A DNA stretch of 25,050 bases from a virus (taxonomy: Duplodnaviria; Caudoviricetes), in IMG/VR virus record IMGVR_UViG_3300033067_002058, positions 1 through 25,050 of that record, one strand, 5' to 3'. Every line of letters starts with the position of its first letter. Position 1 is the stretch's first letter. A program made the translations under genes and the position numbers. Positions 15,904-23,928 of the stretch are shown here, one piece after another. The notes under the pieces were generated by a model that was not told the origin of the DNA, searched no databases, and saw nothing but the letters and a program-made list of their open reading frames with translations.

Positions 15904-16222
15904 CATCCGCACGTTTTCAGATCCGTTCTACACGCAAACGACGGCCCTCGACGGCGTCGAATACGTGCTGGAGTTCCGTTACAACCAGCGTGAAGACGCG
16001 TGGTACTTCTCGATCTCCCTCCCCAACGGGACCTTGCTCGCTGCAGGCATCAAGGTGATCTGCAACATCCCGCTACTTAGAAAGTGGGTCGACACGCGGC
16101 TACCGAAGGGGACTCTCGCAGCGCTCTCAAAGACGAAGGACACTTCACCGCCAGGACTGAACGAACTCGGCGAAGACGCCCGCGTTACGCTCGTCTACAC
16201 ATCGGAGAGCGAGCTTGGCTGA
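15896..16222 (+). CDS. Small baseplate protein (plug-like)
   Basis: LDGVEYVLEFRYNQREDAWYFSI...ELG...LVY; expected position between the Dit-like and hub genes. Confidence 0.72.
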   Translation: MVSIRTFSDPFYTQTTALDGVEYVLEFRYNQREDAWYFSISLPNGTLLAAGIKVICNIPLLRKWVDTRLPKGTLAALSKTKDTSPPGLNELGEDARVTLVYTSESELG

Positions 16223-17075
16223 GCTCTTTCGCCGCGCGGTAAACGTCCACGTCGCGCCAACGGGCAGCACGGGAACGCTAGGCGCCATCGAAAGCACGAT
16301 GGGCTTCGACCTGTCGAACCTCGATTGCACGTTCCGCGTAAAGAAGAGCTTGAAGCCCGAGCCGAACACCTGCGAGCTGCAGATCTTCAATCTTGCGGAA
16401 GAGACGCGGCGCGTGCTCGAAACCGCAACGAAGCTCGTACTACGACTCGAGGCAGGATACGTCGACGCACTTGCGCAGCTCTTCCTAGGGGAGATCAGAA
16501 GCGCGCATTCATTCCGCGACGGCCCCGACATCGTCACGGAGATCAGTACCGGCGACTCCGAAGAGGAGATGTACAAGGCAAGGATCAGCTTCACCGTGGG
16601 GCCAAAGGTGCCGTCAGACACGGCATTGCGCGCCATCGCTCGAGCGTTGGGCGTCGGTGAAGGGAACGTCGGAACCGTTGCAGCAAAACTGAAGGCGAAA
16701 GGGAAGGCGATCTTCGGTCCTGGTACGGTGATTCACGGCAACGCGGCCATCGAGCTCGATTCGTTCTGTAAGTCAGCTGATCTCGAATGGTCCGTGCAAG
16801 ACGGTAACCTCCAGATCTTGGACAGAGGCAAAGCGCTAGAAAGCCTCGACGTGTTTTTGACGCCCGACTCAGGCCTCATTGGCTCCCCCACCATCGACAG
16901 CAAAGGCGTTGTTGCCTGCACTGCCCTGATTCAACCGGACCTAGTACCGGGCCGAATGATCCGCATTCAGTCGCTCGGCGTGAACGGTCGCTTTCGCATC
17001 CAAGAAGTTGAATATGTCGGGGACACAAGCGGAACCGACTGGTACGCGAACATCCACGCGAAGGCCCCGAAGTAA
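16215..17075 (+). CDS. Baseplate hub protein
   Basis: PNTCELQIFNL, LEAGY...LFLGEI, WSVQDG.LQI, SGLIGSP and GDT.G.DWY motifs. Confidence 0.82.
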   Translation: MAELFRRAVNVHVAPTGSTGTLGAIESTMGFDLSNLDCTFRVKKSLKPEPNTCELQIFNLAEETRRVLETATKLVLRLEAGYVDALAQLFLGEIRSAHSFRDGPDIVTEISTGDSEEEMYKARISFTVGPKVPSDTALRAIARALGVGEGNVGTVAAKLKAKGKAIFGPGTVIHGNAAIELDSFCKSADLEWSVQDGNLQILDRGKALESLDVFLTPDSGLIGSPTIDSKGVVACTALIQPDLVPGRMIRIQSLGVNGRFRIQEVEYVGDTSGTDWYANIHAKAPK

Positions 17076-17089
17076 CACTAGCCTTCGAC

Positions 17090-17863
17090 GTGGCTGGCCT
17101 TCCCGTAAGCATCCCTCAAGTAGTGCGTGCCGGCATCTCCACCGCTCTCGACGGAATTCATACGTCTATGCCCGCCGAGATCGTCACGTACGATCCCGTG
17201 ACGAACACAGCATTCGTCCGACCTTTAGTGAAGCACGCGCTGTACAAGAGCGACGGCGAACGCGTCTTCGAGGACTATCCGGAAATCCCGTTCGTGCCAG
17301 TGATCTGGCCACGCGCAGGGGGGATGATGCTGACGCTGCCTCTCGAGCCGGGGGATACGGTGCTCCTCGTCTTCGCTGAGAGCTCTTTGGCGGAGTGGCG
17401 CACAACTGGACAGATCTCAGAGCAACAAGACGCACGACGACATTCTCTAGGATGGCCCGTCGCCATCCCTGGACTGTTCCCCGATACGAAACCGCCTGCC
17501 GCGGGTGATGCCGTGGAAACTGCCGCCGGGGCCGCGATCTTCGGACAGGACGGAGACGCCGCGCAAATGCTCGTCGGCGGCACCGTTTCCGGCATCCGCT
17601 TCGGGAAGCTTGCCGTCTCTCCCATCGCCCTTTCCGTCCCTACGGACGCGGCACTGTCCACGATCGTCACGGCGATCAACGCTCTGATCTCCACATTGAA
17701 CGCACTGATCTCAGCGTACAACACGCATACGCATCCGGTCCCGGGCGTAACGGCAGGCGCTGCCTCTACGAATAGCACTGCGACGACGGCGACGGTCAGC
17801 CCCGCAGCGGCCGGGCCTTCGGCGCCTGCCACGACAGGGAGCACGCTCGTCAAGTCTGTCTAA
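17090..17863 (+). CDS. Baseplate central spike (Gp138-like)
   Basis: OB-fold N-terminus HTSMPAEIVTYD...VPVIWP..GG..LT.PL..GD.VLLVF, the RRHSL motif and a C-terminal HTH (His-x-His) metal-binding tip. Confidence 0.85.
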   Translation: MAGLPVSIPQVVRAGISTALDGIHTSMPAEIVTYDPVTNTAFVRPLVKHALYKSDGERVFEDYPEIPFVPVIWPRAGGMMLTLPLEPGDTVLLVFAESSLAEWRTTGQISEQQDARRHSLGWPVAIPGLFPDTKPPAAGDAVETAAGAAIFGQDGDAAQMLVGGTVSGIRFGKLAVSPIALSVPTDAALSTIVTAINALISTLNALISAYNTHTHPVPGVTAGAASTNSTATTATVSPAAAGPSAPATTGSTLVKSV

Positions 17864-17871
17864 ACTTCGAC

Positions 17872-18252
17872 GTGTCGACGCTGCGCCAGACGACTGAAAA
17901 CGATCTCGCGTTGGTCAATGGCCAACTCGTGATCGAGTTGGACGTCGCCCAAGAGGCCGCCATCGTCTTGCGCAACAAGTTCCTGTTCGTGAAGGGGGAA
18001 TGGTTCCTCGACACACGGGTAGGGGTCCCGTACCTCGCCTACGTCTTCGTGAAACGTCCGGATCTGCTCGTCATCCGGCAGATCTTCCGGAAGGTGATCC
18101 TTTCAGTCGACGGCGTGAAGTCAATCATCGACCTAACTCTCAAGTTCGATCGCGCAGAGCGACGACTGACGTTCTCGTTCAAGGCTCTCGCCGATAACGG
18201 AAAGATCATTTCAGGGGGCTCGGGACAGCCCTTCATCGTGGAGCCGACCTAA
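17872..18252 (+). CDS. Baseplate wedge / sheath initiator (gp25 / DUF2634-like)
   Basis: GEWFLDTRVGVPY...ILSVDGVKSI motif; follows the spike. Confidence 0.82.
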   Translation: MSTLRQTTENDLALVNGQLVIELDVAQEAAIVLRNKFLFVKGEWFLDTRVGVPYLAYVFVKRPDLLVIRQIFRKVILSVDGVKSIIDLTLKFDRAERRLTFSFKALADNGKIISGGSGQPFIVEPT

Positions 18253-18545
18253 TGAACCTCGCTGCCTTTCGAATCCAGTTCCCCGAGTTCAACAATGCCG
18301 GAGACGCGCAAGTCCAGGCGTTCCTTGACGCGGCACTTTTGGAAATCGACGCGGACGTCTGGCTAGGCAAGGCCGATCAAGGCCACGGGTATCTCACCGC
18401 GCACAAGTTGGCGCTGTCACCCTTCGGCAACGCTGCTCGCATGGTCATCAAAAACGTCGCCGACACGCCGCACGGCCAAACAACCTTCGGCGTGCACTAT
18501 GACAACCTCGTGCGCCAAGTAAGCCACGGCTTCAGGGTTGCGTGA
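18252..18545 (+). CDS. Head-tail adaptor (DUF4054-like)
   Basis: AFRIQFPEF...LTAHKLAL...TTFG..Y..L. Confidence 0.8.
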   Translation: MNLAAFRIQFPEFNNAGDAQVQAFLDAALLEIDADVWLGKADQGHGYLTAHKLALSPFGNAARMVIKNVADTPHGQTTFGVHYDNLVRQVSHGFRVA

Positions 18546-18730
18546 TGTCTACCGACTGGGAACGCGTCGGCCGGGCATCGTACGAAGCCTACCTCGAATC
18601 GCACGGAGGCTTGGCCGCGCGGTGGGAAGAACTCTCAGAGGGCGAGAGAAAGGCCTGGATCGCTTCGTCGACGGCAGCCATACGAGAGTTTCTGCTCAAC
18701 CGATTGGAGCCACGTGGCCGGCGAAGTTGA
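18545..18730 (+). CDS. 61-aa hypothetical protein
   Basis: TGATG-coupled to the adaptor gene and fills the gap; contains WEELSEGERKAW. Confidence 0.55.
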   Translation: MSTDWERVGRASYEAYLESHGGLAARWEELSEGERKAWIASSTAAIREFLLNRLEPRGRRS

Positions 18731-19178
18731 AGACGTCGATCACGGATACGCCGCTCTCGTTCAAAGGATCGAGGCGATGGATCGCTTTGCGGTTCTCGTC
18801 GGCATCTTCGAGGCGGAAGGTGGAAAACCGCATGGCGACGACGCGCTGACGGTACTTGAGGTCGCCGCGGTGCATGAATTCGGCAGCGAAACGGTACCCG
18901 AACGATCCTTCCTCCGTGGTTGGTTCGACGAGAACATCGAGCGTGCGCGCGAGGCGTTGCGCGTGCTCATGGTGCAGGTTGTAGAAGGACGTCTCAGGCC
19001 AGAAACTGCCCTGAACAGGTTCGGCCTTTGGCTGCAGGCGGAAATCCAGAAGCGCATCGCGGAAGGCATCCCCCCTCCGCTCGCCGAGATTACGATCGAG
19101 CGAAAAGGCTCCAGCGTGCCGCTCATCGACAAGGGCCAACTTCGCTCGAGCGTGACGTTCAAGGTCGAGAAGGACTAG
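18714..19178 (+). CDS. Neck / tail-completion (virion morphogenesis) protein
   Basis: VAAVHEFGS..VPERSFLR...PPLAEITIERKGSSVPLIDKGQLRSSVT; SD GGAG upstream. Confidence 0.85.
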   Translation: MAGEVEDVDHGYAALVQRIEAMDRFAVLVGIFEAEGGKPHGDDALTVLEVAAVHEFGSETVPERSFLRGWFDENIERAREALRVLMVQVVEGRLRPETALNRFGLWLQAEIQKRIAEGIPPPLAEITIERKGSSVPLIDKGQLRSSVTFKVEKD

Positions 19179-19186
19179 CCTCCTGC

Positions 19187-19735
19187 GTGGGCACGACCGT
19201 CCCGAAAGAAGAGATCCGAACGATCGTCGCTTCGCTGACGGGCATTCCGGCGATGCTCATTCTCTGGGATGGCGAACCCGTTCCGTTCTCCGGCGAGAAG
19301 AACATCGTCCTTAATGTGACGGGGCGTAGGGCGATCGGCGTCGACGAAGAGCGAAGGGAATACCCGACAGCCGACACGACGCGGATCAGTCTCGTTGGCC
19401 AAAGGGCGATCACGATCTCTGTTCGGGCCGACAACTTCGGGACCGAAGAGGCCTTCGACCTTCTCGAAACCCTGCGCGTGCTCGTCGGCCAAGACAGCGT
19501 CAGGGAGTCATTTCGCACCGCAGGCGTCGCATTCACCGACGCGACCAACGTGCAAACGCTGAACGTGAACGTCGACAACAGAGCAATCTCCGTCGCGTCG
19601 CTCGATCTCTTCTTCAATCAGACCGTCGAGACCGTCGTTGACATCAACGCTAGCGGCTACATCGAAACTGTAGAGATGACCGGAGAAGACGATCTCGCCC
19701 TAGCAGAAACTTTTGAAGTAATAGGATCTTCCTAG
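19187..19735 (+). CDS. Putative neck / tail terminator protein (182 aa)
   Basis: C-terminal part of the ORF-track entry 18920-19735. The likely start is GTG 19187, 5 nt after TAGCCT. Function inferred from position and size. Confidence 0.6.
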   Translation: MGTTVPKEEIRTIVASLTGIPAMLILWDGEPVPFSGEKNIVLNVTGRRAIGVDEERREYPTADTTRISLVGQRAITISVRADNFGTEEAFDLLETLRVLVGQDSVRESFRTAGVAFTDATNVQTLNVNVDNRAISVASLDLFFNQTVETVVDINASGYIETVEMTGEDDLALAETFEVIGSS

Positions 19736-19744
19736 CCTCCGTAG

Positions 19745-20332
19745 GTGAAACACCTCGGGCTTCTCGTTGCTCTCCTCGCCCTCGTCGTCTCCGCCTGCTG
19801 CGTCACAAGTACAACTGTTTCTATTCACCCTCCGCAGGCCAAAGCGACATCGTTTACGACCCACGTGGATACAGCGTTCACGCCGGCCGAACGAGCTGCC
19901 ATCGTAGAGGCCACGAAGGAATGGGAGCGCTTCTCCTCCGGACGCGTGCATATCGAAGCTGTCTTCGACCTCGACTTCGATAGCGTCGAAACGCTGAAGA
20001 AGTTCCAAGATGCACCGATCATCGTCCGCGCTGAGTCTTGGATGTCGATCCTCGACGACACTCCGCAAGGTGTTCTTGCCTGGACGAACGGCAAGCGACA
20101 GATCGTGCTCATCGTCGACAGAATCCCGAGCTTCAAGCCTGTGATCATGCACGAAATGGGACACGCTGCAGGTCTCGCGTGGCCCGATTGGTGCCCCGCC
20201 GACGCGTACGGCCAAGCAGATTGCAATCATTCTCCCGACCTGGACTCGATCATGTCGGCGAGATATCGGGGCGTGCAAGCATTCACGGACGCGGATCGCG
20301 CGTTCTGCCGGGCGTCGGGGTATTGCCCGTAG
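19745..20332 (+). CDS. Second matrixin-like metallopeptidase lipoprotein
   Basis: Lipobox LVVSAC; HEMGHAAGL...H...SIM. Shares AFTxxERAA and FTDxDxAxCR with the 11744-12241 protein. Confidence 0.75.
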   Translation: MKHLGLLVALLALVVSACCVTSTTVSIHPPQAKATSFTTHVDTAFTPAERAAIVEATKEWERFSSGRVHIEAVFDLDFDSVETLKKFQDAPIIVRAESWMSILDDTPQGVLAWTNGKRQIVLIVDRIPSFKPVIMHEMGHAAGLAWPDWCPADAYGQADCNHSPDLDSIMSARYRGVQAFTDADRAFCRASGYCP

Positions 20333-20681
20333 CTTTCTCGGCCTTCCTCCTCTCCCTGTAGGCCTTTACCTTGGCCTTGTTTGCCTCTCGCCAGGCTTTA
20401 GAACGGGCTTTGTCAGCTGCTTTGACATCAGGATCCTGACGTCGATCGCGCCTGTTCTCGTTGAATTGATCCTTGTTGCGCGCCCATTTCGCGCGTCCTA
20501 GCTCGTTATGACGGGTGCGATTCACCGTTCGCCAACGCTTCGCGCGCGAGTACACGTCTTTGGCCGTCTCAGGCTTGAAGATGCGGAAGCCTGCGCCTCT
20601 CTCTCTCGCGAGTTCTCGATACCCCAGTCGAAAATCCGACAGTTCCTCTCGGATGTCTTCCGCTAGGTCAATCCACGCCAT
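20283..20681 (-). CDS. Highly basic helical hypothetical protein (132 aa)
   Basis: ATG at 20681 (MAWIDLAEDIREE) with upstream GGAGG; Arg/Lys-rich; last gene of the accessory operon. Confidence 0.55.
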   Translation of the reverse strand: MAWIDLAEDIREELSDFRLGYRELARERGAGFRIFKPETAKDVYSRAKRWRTVNRTRHNELGRAKWARNKDQFNENRRDRRQDPDVKAADKARSKAWREANKAKVKAYRERRKAEKATGNTPTPGRTRDPRP

Positions 20682-20803
20682 CGCTCGATCGCCCTCCAAT
20701 ACGCTTGATGCCAAGTGTTCCCTACGACCTCGGAATCCAACCAAGGCGCCGTTACAACCCACTTCCCGTCACGTCGCGTGACGTGCATGTCGAGACTCTT
20801 CAT
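20663..20803 (-). CDS. 46-aa small protein, weakly resembling a HicB N-terminal domain
   Basis: Read by hand as MKSLDMHVTRRDGKWVVTAPWLDSEVVGNTWHQAYWRAIERWRGLT*. ATGA-coupled to the methyltransferase stop. Confidence 0.55.
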   Translation of the reverse strand: MKSLDMHVTRRDGKWVVTAPWLDSEVVGNTWHQAYWRAIERWRGLT

Positions 20804-21387
20804 GCAGCGGGAGGCAAAAGAATCGACCAACGCCCGCCGCGCTTAGGTCCCCAGACGAACCAGGCGTAATCCGTGGCGTCAGTGCCAGAGCGGTTGAACG
20901 ACGGACGCTTCTCGAGCGCCATGAAATCGGCCTTGTATTGGCGCCAGAAATCGCGCCGCTTCTTCCCGCTGACCCATCCCTGGCGAAGGAGCATCGCGAC
21001 CGTGCCTCGTTTACCGGCGACAGTGAGTGCCTTCCTAACGAATCGTTCCGCGTCGCCATACGGCGGATTGCAGACGATCAAATCGGGAGTTCCGTCCGGC
21101 TGCCACGTGATCCAGTCCGACTCTTCCCATGCGATACCGTCCGCTCTGCACGCTCGAGCCGTAGCAAGCAGTTCCGGGTTCTTTTCAACCCCTCGAATGT
21201 CTGCGCGAGGGCATCTTTCGGCCAGTCGATGCGCGATAGCACCCGTTCCGGTGCCCGGATCGATCGCGTACCCGTCGAAGTCAGGGCCGATGCCCAGTTC
21301 ATCGAGCACGACATCTATCGCCCACGCAGGTGTCTCGTAGAAGTCGCCTGGCTGGCGAGCTAGCCCGTTCCGATTCGTTGCGCTCAT
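20800..21387 (-). CDS. DNA N6-adenine (amino) methyltransferase
   Basis: DFYETP, SAM-binding IDPGTGTGAI, catalytic NPPY and C-terminal YAWFVW. Start at ATG 21387 by ATGA overlap. Confidence 0.85.
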   Translation of the reverse strand: MSATNRNGLARQPGDFYETPAWAIDVVLDELGIGPDFDGYAIDPGTGTGAIAHRLAERCPRADIRGVEKNPELLATARACRADGIAWEESDWITWQPDGTPDLIVCNPPYGDAERFVRKALTVAGKRGTVAMLLRQGWVSGKKRRDFWRQYKADFMALEKRPSFNRSGTDATDYAWFVWGPKRGGRWSILLPPAA

Positions 21388-21548
21388 GGGAGCTTCCACA
21401 TCTTGATCAAACGTTTCGCTCGCAGCTTGTACGCCACTTGCACGGAAGGACTCTTGGCGCGAAACCGAAGCTCGGCTTCTGAGCGCGTACCCGGAAACTC
21501 GCAGTCACCTTGGATCGCGAGCAAAACAGCAAGCTGTTCCACGCTCAC
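21384..21548 (-). CDS. 54-aa hypothetical protein
   Basis: GTGA overlap at its start and ATGA overlap at its stop. Confidence 0.55.
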   Translation of the reverse strand: MSVEQLAVLLAIQGDCEFPGTRSEAELRFRAKSPSVQVAYKLRAKRLIKMWKLP

Positions 21549-21895
21549 GAGGTGAGCCCCCTTCGCGGATAGTCCGCGGGAGCACGCAACGTCGACGGGC
21601 ATTCTTTGCGATCGATGGCTTCAATCCAGGCGACAGCTACCGCAGCAACCTGCACCAACTCGGCGCGCAACTTCTCGTCGTCTTGCTCCGCACACGCCTC
21701 GAGCGCCTCTTCTAGGAAGATGTCCGCCCAAGTAACGACGCCTGATACCGCCCTCGTATTGCAGGCGATTCGCGCACTCGCGGCGAGATCTGAATACTCC
21801 TCTCCGGTACCGTTGGGATGATTCTGCTCACCCCATCGAGCATCTTGCACGCCTCGTTCCTCTCGCACCTCGGCAAGTACTTCGTCCCGCTTCAC
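21545..21895 (-). CDS. MazG-like nucleotide pyrophosphohydrolase
   Basis: ER..QD.RWGEQNH...W..I..EE..EA...LRAELVQVAAVAVAWIEAID. Confidence 0.7.
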   Translation of the reverse strand: MKRDEVLAEVREERGVQDARWGEQNHPNGTGEEYSDLAASARIACNTRAVSGVVTWADIFLEEALEACAEQDDEKLRAELVQVAAVAVAWIEAIDRKECPSTLRAPADYPRRGLTS

Positions 21896-21996
21896 GACTG
21901 TCCCCTCGATCGGAGCAGGCCGTTTTTCATCGCCCAGAGTGCCGTCAGGAGGAGCAAAACCCCGCCATCGAGACGATATCGCTTGGCTAGCTTCAC
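21892..21996 (-). CDS. 34-aa peptide, first gene of the accessory operon
   Basis: MKLAKRYRLDGGVLLLLTALWAMKNGLLRSRGQS*. Its GTG is 6 nt after TAACCT, and its stop overlaps the next GTG. Confidence 0.5.
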   Translation of the reverse strand: MKLAKRYRLDGGVLLLLTALWAMKNGLLRSRGQS

Positions 21997-22002
21997 ACCC
22001 TC

Positions 22003-22035
22003 AGGTTAGGACTCTACGCACATTCTGTTAGTACC
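22003..22035 (-). promoter_or_regulatory. Putative promoter GGTACTAACA-N17-TAACCT-N6-GTG
   Basis: Identical 10-mer and spacing to 9912-9944; lies immediately after the capsid terminator. Confidence 0.6.
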
Positions 22036-22071
22036 AAAGCAAAAGCCCCGGACCGCTAGGGCCCAGGGCTT
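22036..22071 (-). terminator. Rho-independent terminator after the major capsid gene
   Basis: Minus-strand hairpin AAGCCCTGGGCC-CTAGC-GGTCCGGGGCTT followed by TTGCTTT. Confidence 0.8.
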
Positions 22072-22092
22072 CGTGCTCACACGTCAGGAGAA

Positions 22093-23085
22093 TCAGGAGG
22101 TCGCGCTGTCGAAGCTGCGGATCGCTTTCTTGTGCTTGACGCGAAGACCGCCAACCTTCGAGTGAAGGTGCGTGACGAACGCCATACCCGAGAGCTGCGG
22201 CGCGAACTGCTCGAGGTCGAGCGGGATGAAGAAGTCGACGACCTCCGGGTCGCGAGGGTAGAGCAGAACGCGGTGCTTGCTCGACGTTCCCGCACCGGAG
22301 AGGCGGAAGCAATCGGTACTGATCGAGTTCAGATACGGAATGCTCGAGAGCATGTACTGACCGACGTTCTGGAGAAGGTTCGTACGAACCGAATTCACCA
22401 GGATGCTCATCGGACGATTCAAGAGAACACCGAGCTCGGGCGGGAGGAAGAGATCGAACTTCGCGAACGCGCCCTTCGTCTCGATGAATGCCGCTTCGCA
22501 GGCGGCCTGAACGTCGTTCACGACCTTCTCGGGCGTGCCCGCATTGATCACCGTAAACCAGTTCCCGTTGGAACCTGCGCTCGCGTCGGGCGTGTACGCC
22601 GTCGAGTTGTCGTCGTGCGCGATGCCCTTGAACCCGCCGTTCACGCCCGTCGCGGTGCCAATGATCGTCTTATCGATGAGCGACTCGATCGACCTACGGG
22701 CCAAGCGCGCCTTCTCGGCGTCGACCTTGACCTTCATGAGCGCCGCGGCGCGAAGGTCCTCAACCGTCACCATGTACTTGGCGCCGATCGACCGGATCTT
22801 GCCGGTGTTCTCCGCGCCCTGAACTTCCTGCGTCGGGAAGTCGTCCGTCGCCAGGTTATCGAGGAACTTCGCCTGGCCGAAGCCATCGACCTCGAACCAA
22901 CGATGGGACGTCGCACCGAGCGGTGCACCGGACTTGATCGGGACCATGTTGCGCCCCTTGAACTCCGGATACTTCGCCTCGATGACCTCGGCGTGCACGT
23001 ACTCGAGTTCTCGAGAAAACGCGGAGGTCTCGTTCGCGTCGTAACGCGGGCCGCAATCATGACGAACGATATCGAGGAAACGCAT
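22093..23085 (-). CDS. Major capsid protein (DUF2184 / encapsulin-related HK97 fold)
   Basis: 330 aa with F.RELEYV...YPE...R..VP, LSGAG....R..LY..DP.V....P and GG..V; follows the protease and decoration genes. Confidence 0.85.
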   Translation of the reverse strand: MRFLDIVRHDCGPRYDANETSAFSRELEYVHAEVIEAKYPEFKGRNMVPIKSGAPLGATSHRWFEVDGFGQAKFLDNLATDDFPTQEVQGAENTGKIRSIGAKYMVTVEDLRAAALMKVKVDAEKARLARRSIESLIDKTIIGTATGVNGGFKGIAHDDNSTAYTPDASAGSNGNWFTVINAGTPEKVVNDVQAACEAAFIETKGAFAKFDLFLPPELGVLLNRPMSILVNSVRTNLLQNVGQYMLSSIPYLNSISTDCFRLSGAGTSSKHRVLLYPRDPEVVDFFIPLDLEQFAPQLSGMAFVTHLHSKVGGLRVKHKKAIRSFDSATS

Positions 23086-23124
23086 GCTCTTGTCTTTCTT
23101 TCCTTTGCGCTCGAGTTCTATGGA

Positions 23125-23895
23125 TCAGGGACCAACCGTGAGGGTGACGGTCCACTTGCCGCCGACCTTGACGGCAACCGCCGCGACACGCTTCGACGCG
23201 GTCGTCGCCGCGCTGATTGCAGTCGTCACATCGCGGAACGTGAGGGTGTGGCCGTTCTTCGTGCCGTCCGCCGAGATGAAACAGACAGTTCCGTTCGGCG
23301 TCGCCGCGGGAAGGCTGACGGTGCTGTTTGCCGCCGTCGTGTTGATCTCGAACACCTTCATGTGCTCGGCCGGAACCGCGTAATCGTTCGCGGTCTGCGA
23401 AAGCACCGTCGAAGACGCACTCGGCGAGAGGTCTTCTGCGTCGAACGAGCATTCGACAAGCTGCGCGCCGGAGACCGAGTCGCCGACGAACTTGCACGGC
23501 CCACCGTCGTAGACCTGCGCGTCGGACGCGGCAGACGGAATGCTCGCCGTCGCCTTGCCGCGGTTCGTCGTGGTCGTGTCCGCGTAGGAGAAATTCACGT
23601 CAGCGAGTGCATCCCCCGCCGAACCCGTGAGCGCTGCCCAAACCTGGCCCTCACGGCAAACCGGGACGTAGTCATCCACGGCCCATGCGCCCGGCTCCTT
23701 CGCCGAACGATAGAGCGCGATGCCCGCCTTCTTGCCACCGCGGTACAGACGAAGCTTTCCGTCCGTATGCAGCTCTGTCATGCAACCAGGGGCGATCTCC
23801 TCAGAGCACTGGTAGCGACCGACGATTGCGTCCGACGAGACGAGTTGTCCCGGAACTGCGGCGACGTTGTCGAGATTGTATGAGGTCTGCGGCAT
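23125..23895 (-). CDS. Capsid decoration / cement protein with an extra C-terminal domain
   Basis: MPQTSY...AVPGQL...GIALY...VPVCREGQVW; lies between the DUF2213-like and capsid genes. Confidence 0.7.
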   Translation of the reverse strand: MPQTSYNLDNVAAVPGQLVSSDAIVGRYQCSEEIAPGCMTELHTDGKLRLYRGGKKAGIALYRSAKEPGAWAVDDYVPVCREGQVWAALTGSAGDALADVNFSYADTTTTNRGKATASIPSAASDAQVYDGGPCKFVGDSVSGAQLVECSFDAEDLSPSASSTVLSQTANDYAVPAEHMKVFEINTTAANSTVSLPAATPNGTVCFISADGTKNGHTLTFRDVTTAISAATTASKRVAAVAVKVGGKWTVTLTVGP

Positions 23896-23928
23896 GTTCT
23901 TTCGTCCAGGCTAGGTCGGGGTTTCTTG

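Noticed and set aside
9991-18252. Tailocin, eCIS or gene transfer agent
   Set aside because: Capsid, protease, neck, integrase and attP are all present, which fits a temperate phage. Terminase and portal probably lie outside the window.
18920-19186. Long N-terminal extensions in the ORF track (also starts at 3269, 6316, 12225, 12820 and 1531)
   Set aside because: Most overlap neighbouring genes and the added residues look non-coding; downstream starts at the motif fit better.
20768-20782. Small inverted repeat GTCACG-TCG-CGTGAC
   Set aside because: Short, GC-rich, inside a probable small ORF and without a U-tract; likely chance.
22132-23883. 583-aa plus-strand ORF
   Set aside because: Antisense shadow of the capsid and decoration genes; Arg-rich, no motifs, expected from high-GC codon bias.
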